Positions 23,552 through 36,502 of a stretch of DNA of 64,000 nt are shown piece after piece (position 1 is the first letter of the stretch; every line of letters starts with the position of its first letter). The notes beneath the pieces are model-generated. The model made no database searches. It was not told the origin of the DNA and saw only the letters and a program-made list of their open reading frames with translations. Where the stretch lies: positions 116,675 to 180,674 of the forward strand of contig NMRA01000723.1 in the NCBI GenBank assembly GCA_002633005.1. Reading direction: 5' to 3'. Origin of the DNA: Phoronis australis (Eukaryota; Animalia; Phoronida). A program made the position numbers and the translations under genes.

Positions 23552-24968
23552 CTACCAGGCCGCTTGCAACTGACGACGGACACTGTTGAATACATCCTTA
23601 ATGGTCGCGATGAAGTTCCGCAGCATGTGGCGTGCATTCAACGATATGCCAATGTTGATAGCCTGACTACGCAACTGTTCCGCCATATGTGTGTCGACGA
23701 CACCATGCTGCACAACCGAACAAACAACAGATAAGGCCTGCTGGATGAACAGACGCTGGAGTTCAATTAGACCCGTCATATGACCACTGAGTAACGAGAG
23801 AGTGGCATCTTCAACGGTTTGCCCATGCCAGCGGCTGAGAGAGGCAAGCAGGGACCTTGTGTGGTCAAACGATGGGTTGAAGAGAACTTCTTGATACACC
23901 CATAGGAATGACTCAAAATAGAACTGAGAGACCAACTGCAAGAACAAGGGAGGAAGACTGTCATCTGCCAGAGGCATTAATGGAGGAGGCATCTGTGGCA
24001 ACAATGGGAATGGCATCGAAGCTATTGGAATCGATGGCAAGACTGGAAGAAACAGAGAGTGAGCATTCACAGTATTGGCTTGGATGCCATCCGACTGCAG
24101 GCGGTATAACGCTGCTGTGAATGTGCCTTCGGAGTGGCCACTGGAGTTCAATGGCGATGGCACAAAGCTGTCAAATCCAGCTCTTTGGTCATCGTAATAC
24201 TCCCTCAAATTTATTCTGTCACCTGTCGAACTACAGTCTGTATCCCGTGTGTGATTACTTTCATGCAAATGATGACTACTTGTGGAGGAGTTAGAACATC
24301 TACTTTCAGGAAAAGAGTCAGTATGTCCAACCATTGGGTACGCGCTGTGTTGGACAGACCCGCAGCCAGGTAGCGACACCATACCTTCTTGTCTATTACC
24401 AACAGGCGACATGTTGGGCAGTGTAGACCAACTTCTACATGTAGCCATATCTTCTTGTCTGTTTCCAGAAGATGACATGTTGGTGCCTTCAAACCAGAGA
24501 TTCTCCTTGCTGTGTCCGGACACATTTTCAATGTTATGTTGTCGGTACTCATCAACGGGATACCTTGATCCTAACAACGCTTCCTCATGATTGACACAGT
24601 CTGGTTGGCTACAGCCAAGTGAATGGTTATCCTTTACATACGATCCATCCATATTTACTTTCTTTCCACAATCAACAGAGGAGGATTGTTTGTTAAAACT
24701 TTCAGAAGACCCTGACTGAACATGTCCAAACTCAGCTAGACAATACTGCTCGTTTTCTTTATCACCTTGATCACCAATTTCATTTGGAACATTGTAGCAA
24801 TGAGCAAGTGAGTCACCAAACAGTGGAACATCTACAGAGCTGACTGAGCCAATCAACTGAGCATTGTGAGGCAAAAACGGCCCACAAAAACTATCCAATT
24901 TTTTCTGTTCAAAATTCTTAATGTTATTGCTATTGTAAGTGGTATCACCGTCAGAATCTTCACTGCGG

Positions 24969-25006
<38 letters not shown>

Positions 25007-26323
25007 GCTGTTGTCTTCATATTTACAGTCATTCCGATGACAATTATTGCCATTTCTGTTGCTCATCTTGTTGGCATGCAGTTCATCCATGCTGTCATTA
25101 TTGTGAAATGAATGGTTACTGAACTCATAAAATGCAGAACAAGGTGTCGTGTTTCTCACACAGCTGACTGGTGATTCTTTCACGGGGTGGCGTCTATCTC
25201 GACAGTTCACAATGGATGAATTACTACGACGTACGTTAAGAGGAGCAGCAACACCACTTAATGAGTAATACACTCGGTTGTGCTTTTCGCTGGCTGTCCG
25301 TGGACGAGAAGAACTGCCATTGAATTTGCGAAGCCGAGGACACAATCCATGCCCAGCCAAAGTTTCTTCTTTGGCAAGTTCCCACTTGGTAGCGGACTCA
25401 GGAAGCATGACCCTGAGCTTTTTGTTATTAGCTTCCAGAGCATTCTGAGTGTGTCTAGGCAAGATCTTTTTCTTCAGTTTATCGATTTGTTTCAAACGAG
25501 CACAGCCATTGACGAGAGCACCGCATGATGAACCTGGACCATCTGTCCACTCAGATCCATAGAAACAACACATGTCACAGTCTGGTGGTTTGGACTTCGT
25601 TCTCTTTGTCGTGTCGAGTCGAAGCAGTGATAGCCCGTTGGCCAAAAATTTCATCTTTTGAAAATTGATTTTGAAATCACTGTTCATGGAAGTCCGAGAT
25701 GTGTGTTTTCTAGCGCTAGCAAGTCTCACCCGTTGTTTTCCCACATGTGACAATTTGTTTCGTGAATGCTGATCAACACTGTTACTGACCAGGTCACTGG
25801 AGAAACCGCAAGACTTCATGTTGGTTGACTGGCGATGATTATTGAACAAGTAATACCGACGTTGACTAGACAGCCAGTCGACAACTTTGGAACAATTACA
25901 AGCAGGAGAGTTCGCACAGGCACACAACTTGGAGCAACGGGTGTTATCAGAGGCTGCGATGCATGTTTCTACACCCACTTTCTCATTTCCATTGGGTACT
26001 ACAGCTCCCTGGGATGGATAGAACGAGTGGCCACACTCACCATCAGACCTTGGCCGTTGATTAAACGGCTTCGCCGAGACCAAGTTGGCAGAAGTCCACG
26101 ACAAAGGCTTGTCTTGTGGCTGGGTTGTCGGTTGCTTGAATATGTGCCCAGCATTTTGTGGAGTGGCTGCAGCCAAGGAACCACCTTGCTGTATTTGGCT
26201 TCTGGTAGACTGGATGGTATTACCTGGCCTCTTGCTAGACTTTATACGTAGGTCTATAAACTTTTTGTTTTTTACCTCAGCAAATGCCATAGAAATGTCA
26301 TGAATATTCTTTTCAACTGCCAT
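23552..26323 (-). CDS. 923-codon intronic ORF; probable giant alternative first coding exon of RNF38 (spliced form ends at 23556)
   Basis: 2.77 kb without a stop in otherwise stop-rich intron DNA; in-frame TAA two codons before the ATG; ends GCC TG|GTAGGA, a phase-2 donor matching the 23178 acceptor; no RT or transposase motifs seen. Confidence 0.8.
24968..25006. repeat. (AAC)13 in-frame poly-Asn tract within the 923-aa ORF
   Basis: GTT repeat on the plus strand encoding N13. Confidence 0.9.
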
Positions 26324-27301
26324 GCATTATGCAAAAAGCAAAATAGCAGTAAATGACAACTATATGTAGGTCCACTATAGACAGACCACACGATTTCTCA
26401 GTCAAAAGAAAATTAAATTGGTGATTGTTATGTCACGTTTCCTTGGAGAGGCTGGATAAACAATTAACTCACAGACATGAGTGTTGCATGATGCAACAAT
26501 CGAAAAAGAAAAACAATTAACGGCATGTACAAAATCCAACAAGTGAAATTCACCATCACGGAAATGAAACCATAAGTGCATAAAAACACAGATTATCATT
26601 TCTACAGAATTGTTCTAGACTACAGCCACATGACTTTAAATTGTTGTTGGTGCAAGAGTTCACAGCAGTTTTTCTCAGTGCTGAGTATTACAAATCTCAA
26701 AGCACATAGTGAAACTAGAGTTAAAAGAAAATTAAATACCAATTTCAAACAAAAGAACCATCAACAGTAGCCCAAGAACTGGGACGGACATAAAAAACAG
26801 GTATAGGGCAGTGCGGGGAGGAACCACAGACAAAAGATAACTAATCTGGTCTCTTACTGGTTGACAGAACAAAGCAATATTCGGACATTGCAAATGGTTG
26901 GAAATAGAGAAATGCTTTTCTGAACTACCACTACTACTACAAAACAACAAAATAAATCGATGTACTCCACACAACTTCATGTTCTGTGACACACTCGGAA
27001 TATCCAGACATCAAATAGAACAAAACAATGAACCATACTATTTCGACTCATTCCGGCACCATCCTTGAACAGTGCCACAGTGTACGGTAAGATCTTGCCA
27101 ATGAAGATACGTAGCATCACATTAATGCTTTATAATGCTCATGTTCTTTACCATAACTCCATCAGAAAATATTTTGAAAAACTCAAGCATTCACAATGTT
27201 AGAAGACCATGAAAAATGAAAAAAAGTTGATTTTGGCAATTATTTTTGTCCAAAATTAGTGAGATTTTAACATAACTATTAGTCATGACATAAACTCATA
27301 C

Positions 27302-27495
27302 CTCCTCCTATTACGAGGGGTATTGCACCTGTCGTTGGTCGGTCTACGCTGTTGCGGTTGAGACTGAGGCATTGTCCGCCTGTCGACGGCAGAAGAGTCC
27401 CAAGACTGAGACGGGGGTGGTGGACTGGCTGTCTGCGTCAGATCAACTTGGGCATTGTGATTCGTTTTCCTTCTCTTGCGAGTCGGGCTCTCAGT
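27302..27495 (-). CDS. RNF38: RNF38/44 conserved N-terminal exon (basic NLS-like motif)
   Basis: ttgcag|ACT...AG|gtatga, 194 nt; TESPTRKRRK...TASPPPP...RCNTPRNRR(S) matches RNF38 'SPSPKRQRL...SASPAPSPP...RCNTPARNRRSP'; AG+C=Ser joins the 23178 exon. Confidence 0.92.
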
Positions 27496-30400
27496 CTGCA
27501 ATGAAATAAATTAACATGACATGAGTCTTGTACAATGGACATAACAGTTGCTCAACATCTCCAACAGGAAGTATGTAGTGTAGATCACATGGGTAGTGTA
27601 GTGGTGGTTTTTCAATTCCGACTAATTAAACACACACATCTAATGTCTGCCCAGCAAAGTAAAGCCAAATGACCCCTGTGCATGTTGTTTTAGTTCAAGG
27701 AGTGAATTGTCAGACTGTCATTAATGTTTTTGGTAGCAAAGTAATGAGAAACACCAACACCAAGTTCCACCAACTGTGAGCACATGAGATTTGATGAAGC
27801 TGTCAATTTGTCAGTTGTAATTGTCTTAACTGGAGCATTTTTTGGCACTAATGACTATTACCTCACAATCACTACAAAAGATATACCAACCTTTGCGAAG
27901 GCCTCACATTTCAGCAAATAACATTTAAACTGTCTACTTTTAACTCTTAAAAGTTTACATTTTCTGAATCGTGGATGACTAAAATATTAATTCATGCCCG
28001 AAATGCAGTATAACCGTTAATAATCGCATGACCGCCATTGTTGTGAACATAGTATATTTTGCTCTGAACATGAATTTCCACTAAACTTAGTGTGGGCAAC
28101 TTTGTGCTTGAACAACATGTGGTTAATGTCAATGTACAAGGAAGAGCAGCGTAGATTTTTATTTATCCACAGATGTATCGGCCCCTGAAGGCACTTTTTA
28201 AGATATCAATAGCGGATATCTCCATTGCTCAAAGAAAACAAAAAAATCTGAGAAAGGTTACCTTGGCCATAGACCCTAAAAGAAGCCTACATATTTTCAT
28301 GAGAATCAATCCAAGTAATAAAAAGAAATCGATGTTCAAAACTGCTTAAAGTATCAAAAGTCAAAAGACCTGAAAATGGCCGATAATTATTGTCCTCGTA
28401 ATTAAAGTCAATAAATATTGTAAGTAGTAAGAATAAATTTATACCTTTATACAGAAAGGTTGACAATTGCTTTGAAAACTATATTTTACAAATTCAAATA
28501 CACATCATGTCACCTTATAGTCATTTTATTTCACAACCGTTGGTACATTCCTGTAATAGCGTAACATTTTTTGTTTGAAAAGCCATTCACAATAAGGTGA
28601 AAGCAAATGGTAAACAAATACACTTCACGACAACATGTGAGAAAAGATGTTCTTGCAATTCCATTTTTAGTTGACTGCTGAGAAAACTCCCTACGTTGGA
28701 ATTCAGTTTGATACCTTTTGCTCTTAAGGAACAAGATGCTGGGACACCCACTTGACAGCCCATGACTTTATGCCTCATAACAGAATTGAGATCTAAACAT
28801 GGAGGTCACTGCAGCAGTTCTCACAAAACATTGGAAGTGAGTTACTGAGTCAAGTGCAACAGTTCCAGAGCCTGTGTAACACAAGCTTGTCCATATCTCA
28901 AGTTACATTAACTACCACAATGTACAAACCCACACTGAATGAACTCTGCTTTCAATGCCTTTTCACCAAACAAAAGCCAACATGCAATACCCAGTATGGC
29001 ACAGGAAATCATTTCATAATTATAATATATAATTGTAACACAACCACCATGTCACCAGTAGATTGTGAATAATTAAAACTAAACTTTGAGCTGATGGTAG
29101 CGGTTGCAGGTGAGTGGCTTCTATGGCTATTGCAGGATGGACTGCCATCAGCTGCAGGGGGTTGTGAAATATAGATGAAGTGAGAGAGAGAGAGAGAGAG
29201 AGAGTGTGTGTGTTCATTGTAAGACACATTTGCCTCGGATGACTGATGCAGGCTGATTGTCTGGTGAGCTGACAATGAAGTAAATAATGCATAAAACTGT
29301 CTGCTACTATTTAACTGGCATAAGTGGGAAGTGGTGTTCCTGTAACAGAGTGATGAGCGGCCCTGTTGGGCATTAGTTAACAAAGCCTGTCTTCCAATAT
29401 TCTACATGTCCATCAAAAGACTATTAGCAGTGATTGGTTGAGAGTCACGTGATCTTGTAAAACAAGCAGCCATTGTGATAAATGTCTTTTATGAACACTG
29501 TGTCATGAATGGCGGAACTAAAAAGCTAAAAGTACTGTGAATTACATCTTTGCACTACAACTACAAAGTATTCCACCAATTATAAATATGTCTTTTTGGA
29601 AATTACTTAAAGTATTGCCAACAACGCACCTGGCGTCTCCAACAAGAAGTCAATACAAAATAAATTGCACTTGTTGAGTTTCATGTGAGTCACAGCAAGC
29701 TAAGCCAACAAAAGCTGATCACAAGCACACAGTATTAATATCGTTCGTACTGACTGCAGTGGGGCTCTATCAAAATACTGTTTGCAAGCTCTGTACAAAA
29801 TCTACTAAAACACAATTATTAACCTTTTTTGGAGATTTTCACCTTGAAAATTAAAAAGTTCAGTTTTGGCAGTTGTGCAAAATTGTTGACATTTTTTCAT
29901 AATTAGGTCATTCTATTCCTGAATTGTAGCTTATCAAAAGGTTATGAAAAGTGGCCAAGTGGAATTGAAAGCTACAGAAGTTTTCAAAAAGTTGACAAAA
30001 TTTCATCTCACTGTAAATCGACAGAATTTCAAAGATTAAAAATTTTCCCTCCGTTAACCGTCTTAGTTTCCTTCAGAGTATTCTCCATAGCTTGAATGAA
30101 GTCAGGCAAAAATTGATGAGTCTGTTTGAAAACTGATAGTATCTTTTACAGACTGTTTTGCATGTAAGTCAACTTTAAGCTATATAGCTGCATCAACTTC
30201 CGGAACTTGCAATCTTTGATTTAAATCAATTAACTTGATCCGTGCATCACTGTCTTCAAAATGGCCTCCCAGTTGAGGTTGACCAAGCAGACCACAGGTC
30301 ACTGGCAGTCTAGTAAACATCTGACATAGACCAATGCTAGGCATTCAGTTGAACACCCTCTACATGTTCCAGTTTACACCATTGCTGTATAAACTGATCA

Positions 30401-33400
30401 AGTCTGGTGCACATGCAGCAGCTTAATCCATTCCCATAATGCCATGCTTCTGGTTAATACCAGTATTCTGCACACACTGTCATAAACAGTGAACAAACAC
30501 AGACCCAGGTCAGAGTCAGAGCACAGAAACAAACTATCTATTGACATAACATTTAAAGCTGTGTTATAGTTCTGGGTGTTGGTGTTTATATGTATTCACT
30601 CATTCAGTCTCTTGCAAATTAAGTATAATCAGTGCTGAAAAGGGAAAAGTAAAATTTGTTCTTTTGGTGAACTACATCAATTGCATTTCTAATGACCCTA
30701 ATTTTCTGCAAGATCATTTCATAACTGTCAGTTCTCACTGGAAAAATCATACAGGTACCAGGTATTCTGAAGTTCACCATAGATTGTCAATCAAAATACC
30801 AGTGGCTAAGAGTTGAAAAAAACTATCCAAATCCCAACATCCATGTTGAGGGGCCTCATCCATTTATTACTTTTCCGGACTCAGTGCCTGAACTTCTCAC
30901 AAGAGAGGCCACAAGGGGCCCCAACAATGGGTTGAATGAAATGAGAGGAAGCAGAAAATCCCTGGCAGACTTGAAGCATTATCAGCTTTATAGTGTCAAT
31001 AGAGGTGAACAGGTCTCAGGTGAAGGCCATTAATGGAAAGGGTGTTTACAGTGGTAATCCCTCATCCTTTGATGTGGCAAGATGTATATAGGGTTGTGTG
31101 GGTCATGGGAAATGATTATGGTGGGAGGGAGGGCCAGGGAGATATTGGATGAGGGGTTGAGGAGTTGACACATCTCCCATTCTTCAAAGTGTCTGGATGT
31201 GTGGAGTGTTATGATGGTCATGGGAAATGAACATGTGGGGAGGGGGGAGGGAGCTACGGGAAGGTGGTGGTGGTTGTCTCCCATTATCGTCCGTCGGGAA
31301 CACTTCGGGTATATTCATAGTCTGAAATTTCTCCTCCAAGGTAAATATTATCTGCACTAGTGTGAATTTCAGCCATACAGACACAAATGCATAAAAAATG
31401 CTCACTTGCGAACTGTTAATACAATGGTATAAGTATATGTACACATAATCACTTATACAATAAAACCCAGGACATTCTGATGCTGTTACGAGATGGTGAC
31501 ACAAAAGGCACGACAGTCTTGCCAAAAGTGGGACAATATTGGAAACTATAGACGTGGTCAAAAAGAAAAACTGAAATAATCATTTCAAGTTTTCAGAAGC
31601 TTATTGCTTCAAACATTTAAATAGATGCACAGTGCTAACCATTGAAACAATAAAGTAAGATTTAATTTTATTGGTAAGTCTAACACATTTCCACAAAATC
31701 CCTGACTAAGTCGAAGGAATTTTACCGAATTCACAAAACGATGGAGCCAAACCCTCCTATAGACTCATAACTTTCATTCAAGATCAGTTTGATCTACATT
31801 CAGCTGCGATAACCATTGGTGCCTGGGAACCCAGACCTAGATTCCAAAAGGTCAGACAACCACTTCAGAAAAAAGGATGCATAAAAAACCCTCTCTAGTA
31901 AAACCACCATCCTGATAATGCAGAGCAAATGCATTAGCAATTTCAAAAGTAATTAAGACTAGCTCTGAGCTAGAACTTACACAGTAACCACAAATACAGA
32001 ATCAACAAGATTTCCTTTTGAAAGCTTGACTACAAGGTGGATTATAGGAGACAGAGCATGAGTAATCCCTTGGTGAGATGAGTTGCGTTTTTTTGTGCAT
32101 TCAGCTGACACATGGCAAGTTTGCAAAGTTGAGTTGCGAGTCAAGACACTTAAGTATCTGAGCTCACTGCGGTATCGCATCAATTTTGGATAAAAATAAT
32201 TGCTAAAACTGACCTTTTTACACTTTTTATGTAACTTTGTTGTGAATGCTCAAAATTTCTCAAAACATTGTCAGACTGTAGCTGTGGTACACATCATAGA
32301 CATGGAAGATTATTAACTTGGTGCTACGTATCTTTCATGATAAAAATGAGGAACTAACATTTCACTTGTCGGCCATGTTGAATCCTAAATTGGCAAGATT
32401 TTACCAGACATCCATTTCAAAAGTCTAAGTTGCTAAATGTCTCGCCAATACCTTGCGTGCGTTACGAACAAGATTCTAGCAAACTTGGCAAATTCACACA
32501 AGACCACACTAAATTATGCATGTGAAAGGAAATTGTGTACCTTTTTCATAATGAATAATGGGATAAAATTCTTTACTTCAATAAAACTATTGAGGATTTA
32601 TCACTGGATATGTTTGCGCATTTGCATTTTTGGAACACACCCGAACTTAGTACCATAACGTCAATGGAAGTGGGACAAAAATTTATTTACCGGTATCACA
32701 GAGAGTTAAGATTTTTGTATAATGGACCAACAATGAGGCCCACGTCTGATGCACTGCAAAAGACACCTCCTTTTTGTTTTACAGATGGTCCATTGGCATG
32801 CTGGCGTGGGTCGAAGTTCAAAGCCAGTTCAGTATTTGAAAAGCATTCGACCACTCCAGTACAGTGCAAACAAGTCAAGCAACAAGGACTCAGAACACCA
32901 TCTGTCAAAATTATCTGATAGAGGACCCACAAAACATTGTCGTAGTACTTTGAGGAGCTTAAGATTATTCAGTTCAAAGTTTTTTTAATTAAATATTCGT
33001 TCTCACCTTCTCCCACAAGTGGCAGAATTTTATACATTCAGTGTTTCTTTTTAAAGTTTAATTGCAACATTAACATTACATGTCACCTCAAGAACTGAAC
33101 AGTTACAGCAGTTCCTCAGTTATCTAGAACCCAATGTGGCCAACAAATGAAATTGTGTTTTGTCGAGTTACTCGTCAAAAGTAACGATTAACAACATTTT
33201 ATTCTTTTACAAGCATGGTCTGCAGAGTGTAGATGTCATAAAACAACATTTGTTAAAGTTTCCATTATCTGCACAGTGGTAATCAGCAATTGACAAATTA
33301 AAAAATTACCATTTTGACAATTATTTTGTGTGAAATATGTAAAGATTTTCCGTAAAACAAAAATGTAGTTTTCTGGTAAAGTTTTATAATTAAAGTGGCA

Positions 33401-34592
33401 TTAGCCACATTTAATTCTTTGCATGAGTGCAGATCTGATTATTTTTAGTTCACCTCAGTTATTCAAACCTGACACCACGTGGCTAAATTCAAACTCAGCG
33501 TACAGTGTGGGACAGACTGCAGTTGCAACAAGTGGCTTCATCCTTCCCAAGTCATCATGTGACTTCAACCAACATGAGTCATCAAGGCTGCCATCTATAG
33601 ACCCAGTTCCTTATCAGAAAAATGAGATCTCGTAACATCACACAAGTGAAATGCAAGACCAATACAAGAGCATAGGAGTAAAATGTCTGCCACTAAAGGC
33701 TGGTGTGTTGAATAATGCCGAGAGAATTAAAGGTTTCCACTCCACTTGAGTGCTTATTATAAGTGAAAATGTCTTATGTAGTGGATCCCAGACATATGTG
33801 TCCTTCCAGATCCCAGGCAGTGGGAGACAGGGAGATCCTGCTGGTTGGGAGACAAAGCCATGAAAAATCAATAAGTTTTATCTTCATCTCAGCCAGCATG
33901 TTTATCCAAGCCAGGCTGAACTAACCAGAGACATAGAGGCTGCATTGAGTTGAGAGATGCTGTGGTTAATGCTTTGTCAAGGCTGTGTGGGCAGCCTGAG
34001 GGGAAGACATTGTTGGCACAGTCATGGAAGACCCATGTACAGTGCATTATACAAGCGGATATGATTTTAGTGCTGCATCCTGTGTTGCTACAACAGGGGG
34101 GGCACCCCTATTCATTGCATTTATATTAATGGACAGGAAGAGATGTACCCAAGCTGGAACAATGTAGATTTCCGGCAGTTATGTAATGTGAGCAGTTCAA
34201 GTCAAAACTTGCGTCAAAATAATACAAGGATGTAAAATATTTCCTTCTGGAATGATGTCATTCATAAAAGAGAGGAGACATGTACCTTCAAACATAAGCT
34301 GTAACAAAATTGTATATTTTCTACATTTATCTGAACAGGTCATGTGGAAACTTTCACAAAAACAATGCAAACACGAAACACTTTTCTTTAAAGAAAAAGA
34401 CTATTTTGCTTATATGTCAGCCTCTAAAATCAGCTTTACATGCTCCACAAAATATAAACGATCACGTTTTAAAAAGATTCTTTTTTCAGAATGTTCTTGG
34501 ATTAGGTCCTATACTAATTCCTAACAGAGACTAGATAGATGGCTACAATCTATTCTGGCTCATGTTTGGTCATAAAGTGAGCAACAGAATCT

Positions 34593-34704
34593 GGCGTCAA
34601 GGGCACAGAACGATCCTCTCGGCGTCAAGGGCACAGAACGATCCTCTCGGCGTCAATGGCACAGAACGGTCTTCTCTGTGTCAAGGGCACAGAATGGTCC
34701 TCTC
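34593..34704. repeat. 28-bp minisatellite, 4 copies
   Basis: GGCGTCAAGGGCACAGAACGATCCTCTC, degenerating to the right. Confidence 0.9.
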
Positions 34705-36020
34705 GACAGCTATCATCACAGTATAAAAGAGAATGCCACCAAAAAACAACATATGTTGTATCAAGTTAGATCCATTAGTTCAACTCAATAACAGCAAGTT
34801 CAATTCTTTTACCCGACACCAGATGCACTCTTTTAGTAGTTTGACTTTATTCGCCATCTGTTGGTGGTTTTTGAGTTTGTGATGTGGCTTCTATCGCATC
34901 CATTTTCCACGTGACTATATTCTTCGACAGTATTTTGCAGATGAGAGATTGTTTGACAAACCATGGTTTGTAGCTGTAACACGCCAATTTGACTCATTCT
35001 TATACCAACGCCAATTACCAATAAGCTTACTATCATACAGTTTCGTCGTGATTTATGCTGCAAATTAGTGTAAGTATATTATACTTAGTTTTGTTATATA
35101 GTCAGAATATCAACGCTGTAACACGTATTCTGTACCTTTTCAAATTACCGTAGACTCAAGAAGTTTGACGTTTGTTCGAATAAGTACATATGCAATGGTA
35201 AATACTAGTATTGAAACTTTGTAAATGACCAACGCATTTTTCAATTGTCTCACAGAACGTTTTTTGCATGTTACAGATGAACCGAGTAACTACAATTAAC
35301 GAACAAATAAAGTTTATCTTCACTGCAACTCATACTCGCGTTCATCCATGTGGGCCTTAAGATTTTCGCGACCACACTAGACTATATACATTTTCCAGAT
35401 TAATAAAAGAACAAGAAACAAACGATGCTTTATGTATTCTGTGCATCTTTTTTAAATGCAAAACAAATCACACCCATCAGACTGGTGACTTTACCCAGGA
35501 TCTTGACTGCACGCTGGGTTCAGGTGAGATGTGATGTAAAATGAGGTCACCTTTAGGACAAAACCAGGTGCTTAACAGGGGCCTATTATTCATCAACTAA
35601 AGAAACTGTAGGAAACGACATTAATGTGACCAACCTATCTCCAGCAGTGGTCAATCATTCCAGAAAACCCCCAACCTTACAGTCACATTTTGAAATTGAC
35701 GACTTGGGACTGAAAGTGAATGTTAAAACAAAAAAACAGGGTTGAAGTTGGATTGCAGACATCCCAAATCTCAGTCTTTCAACCCCTCAGTCACTGAGAA
35801 CCCCCAATGAGGACACTGGGGGCTGGGAGGGGGGGCGTTTAAGAACACGTAAGTGTGCCTGCCAAAATCTGCTGAACAAATTGTTTTATCACTACACATC
35901 CAACTAGTGGAAGACATAAGATACCAAAACTTGAAACGAGACAAAAGTTTTCCAACAGCCATTTGAAAATGAACATAAATGTATTCATCTATATGGCCAT
36001 GTGCCGAGGTATCTCAGTTA

Positions 36021-36502
36021 AGGACGCGTCGATGTTTTGGGGAGTTGCGGTCAATATGAATGCTCAACTTTGGTCCTGGACCGTAGTTTACAATGCCAGT
36101 TAACTTCGCAATAAACAGGTGGATTTAAGAGGGGAGCGTCCACGCTGTGGTGCAGTATGAACGATCAACTTCGGCCCCATTGAAGTTATTGCCAGGTGCT
36201 ACTGTTATCGTCAACAATTACAGGGTAGTGCCTTCGCTAATAGTTGCTTATATTTTGTTCTAATGATCACAATTCGCATTAAAATTAAGTTTTATGTCAA
36301 TAGGCACATGTGTGTTTTCCCAAATTGTCACATTAAAAACATTGTAGCATGCAGCGCTACCTTGCGACTACTTCGATGACAACAGCATCATCTACCATTT
36401 ACTTCGAAGTCCATTAACTACCGGAAGTCAGTATGAACTGTTTAGTTAACTTCGCAGTTTACATGCTGCTCAGACTGGAGTTTAATCAGTATGAAAGGCC
36501 TT
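36021..36502 (+). mobile_element. PIF/Harbinger-like MITE (left end degraded)
   Basis: Ends AGTATGAAAGGCCT; aligns by eye with the inverted copy at ~50820-51285 and the truncated copies at 38323 and 38860, which begin TAA|GGGCCTTTCACACT. Confidence 0.7.

Noticed and set aside
23552-26323. Transposon or viral ORF
   Set aside because: No RT, integrase, DDE, gag knuckle or helicase motif and no flanking TIR/LTR seen; the phase-matched donor favours a host exon. Not excluded without a database search.
31040-31290. G-rich degenerate ~115-bp repeat with Pro/His-rich antisense ORFs
   Set aside because: Low-complexity sequence with no convincing splice sites; the ORFs are compositional.
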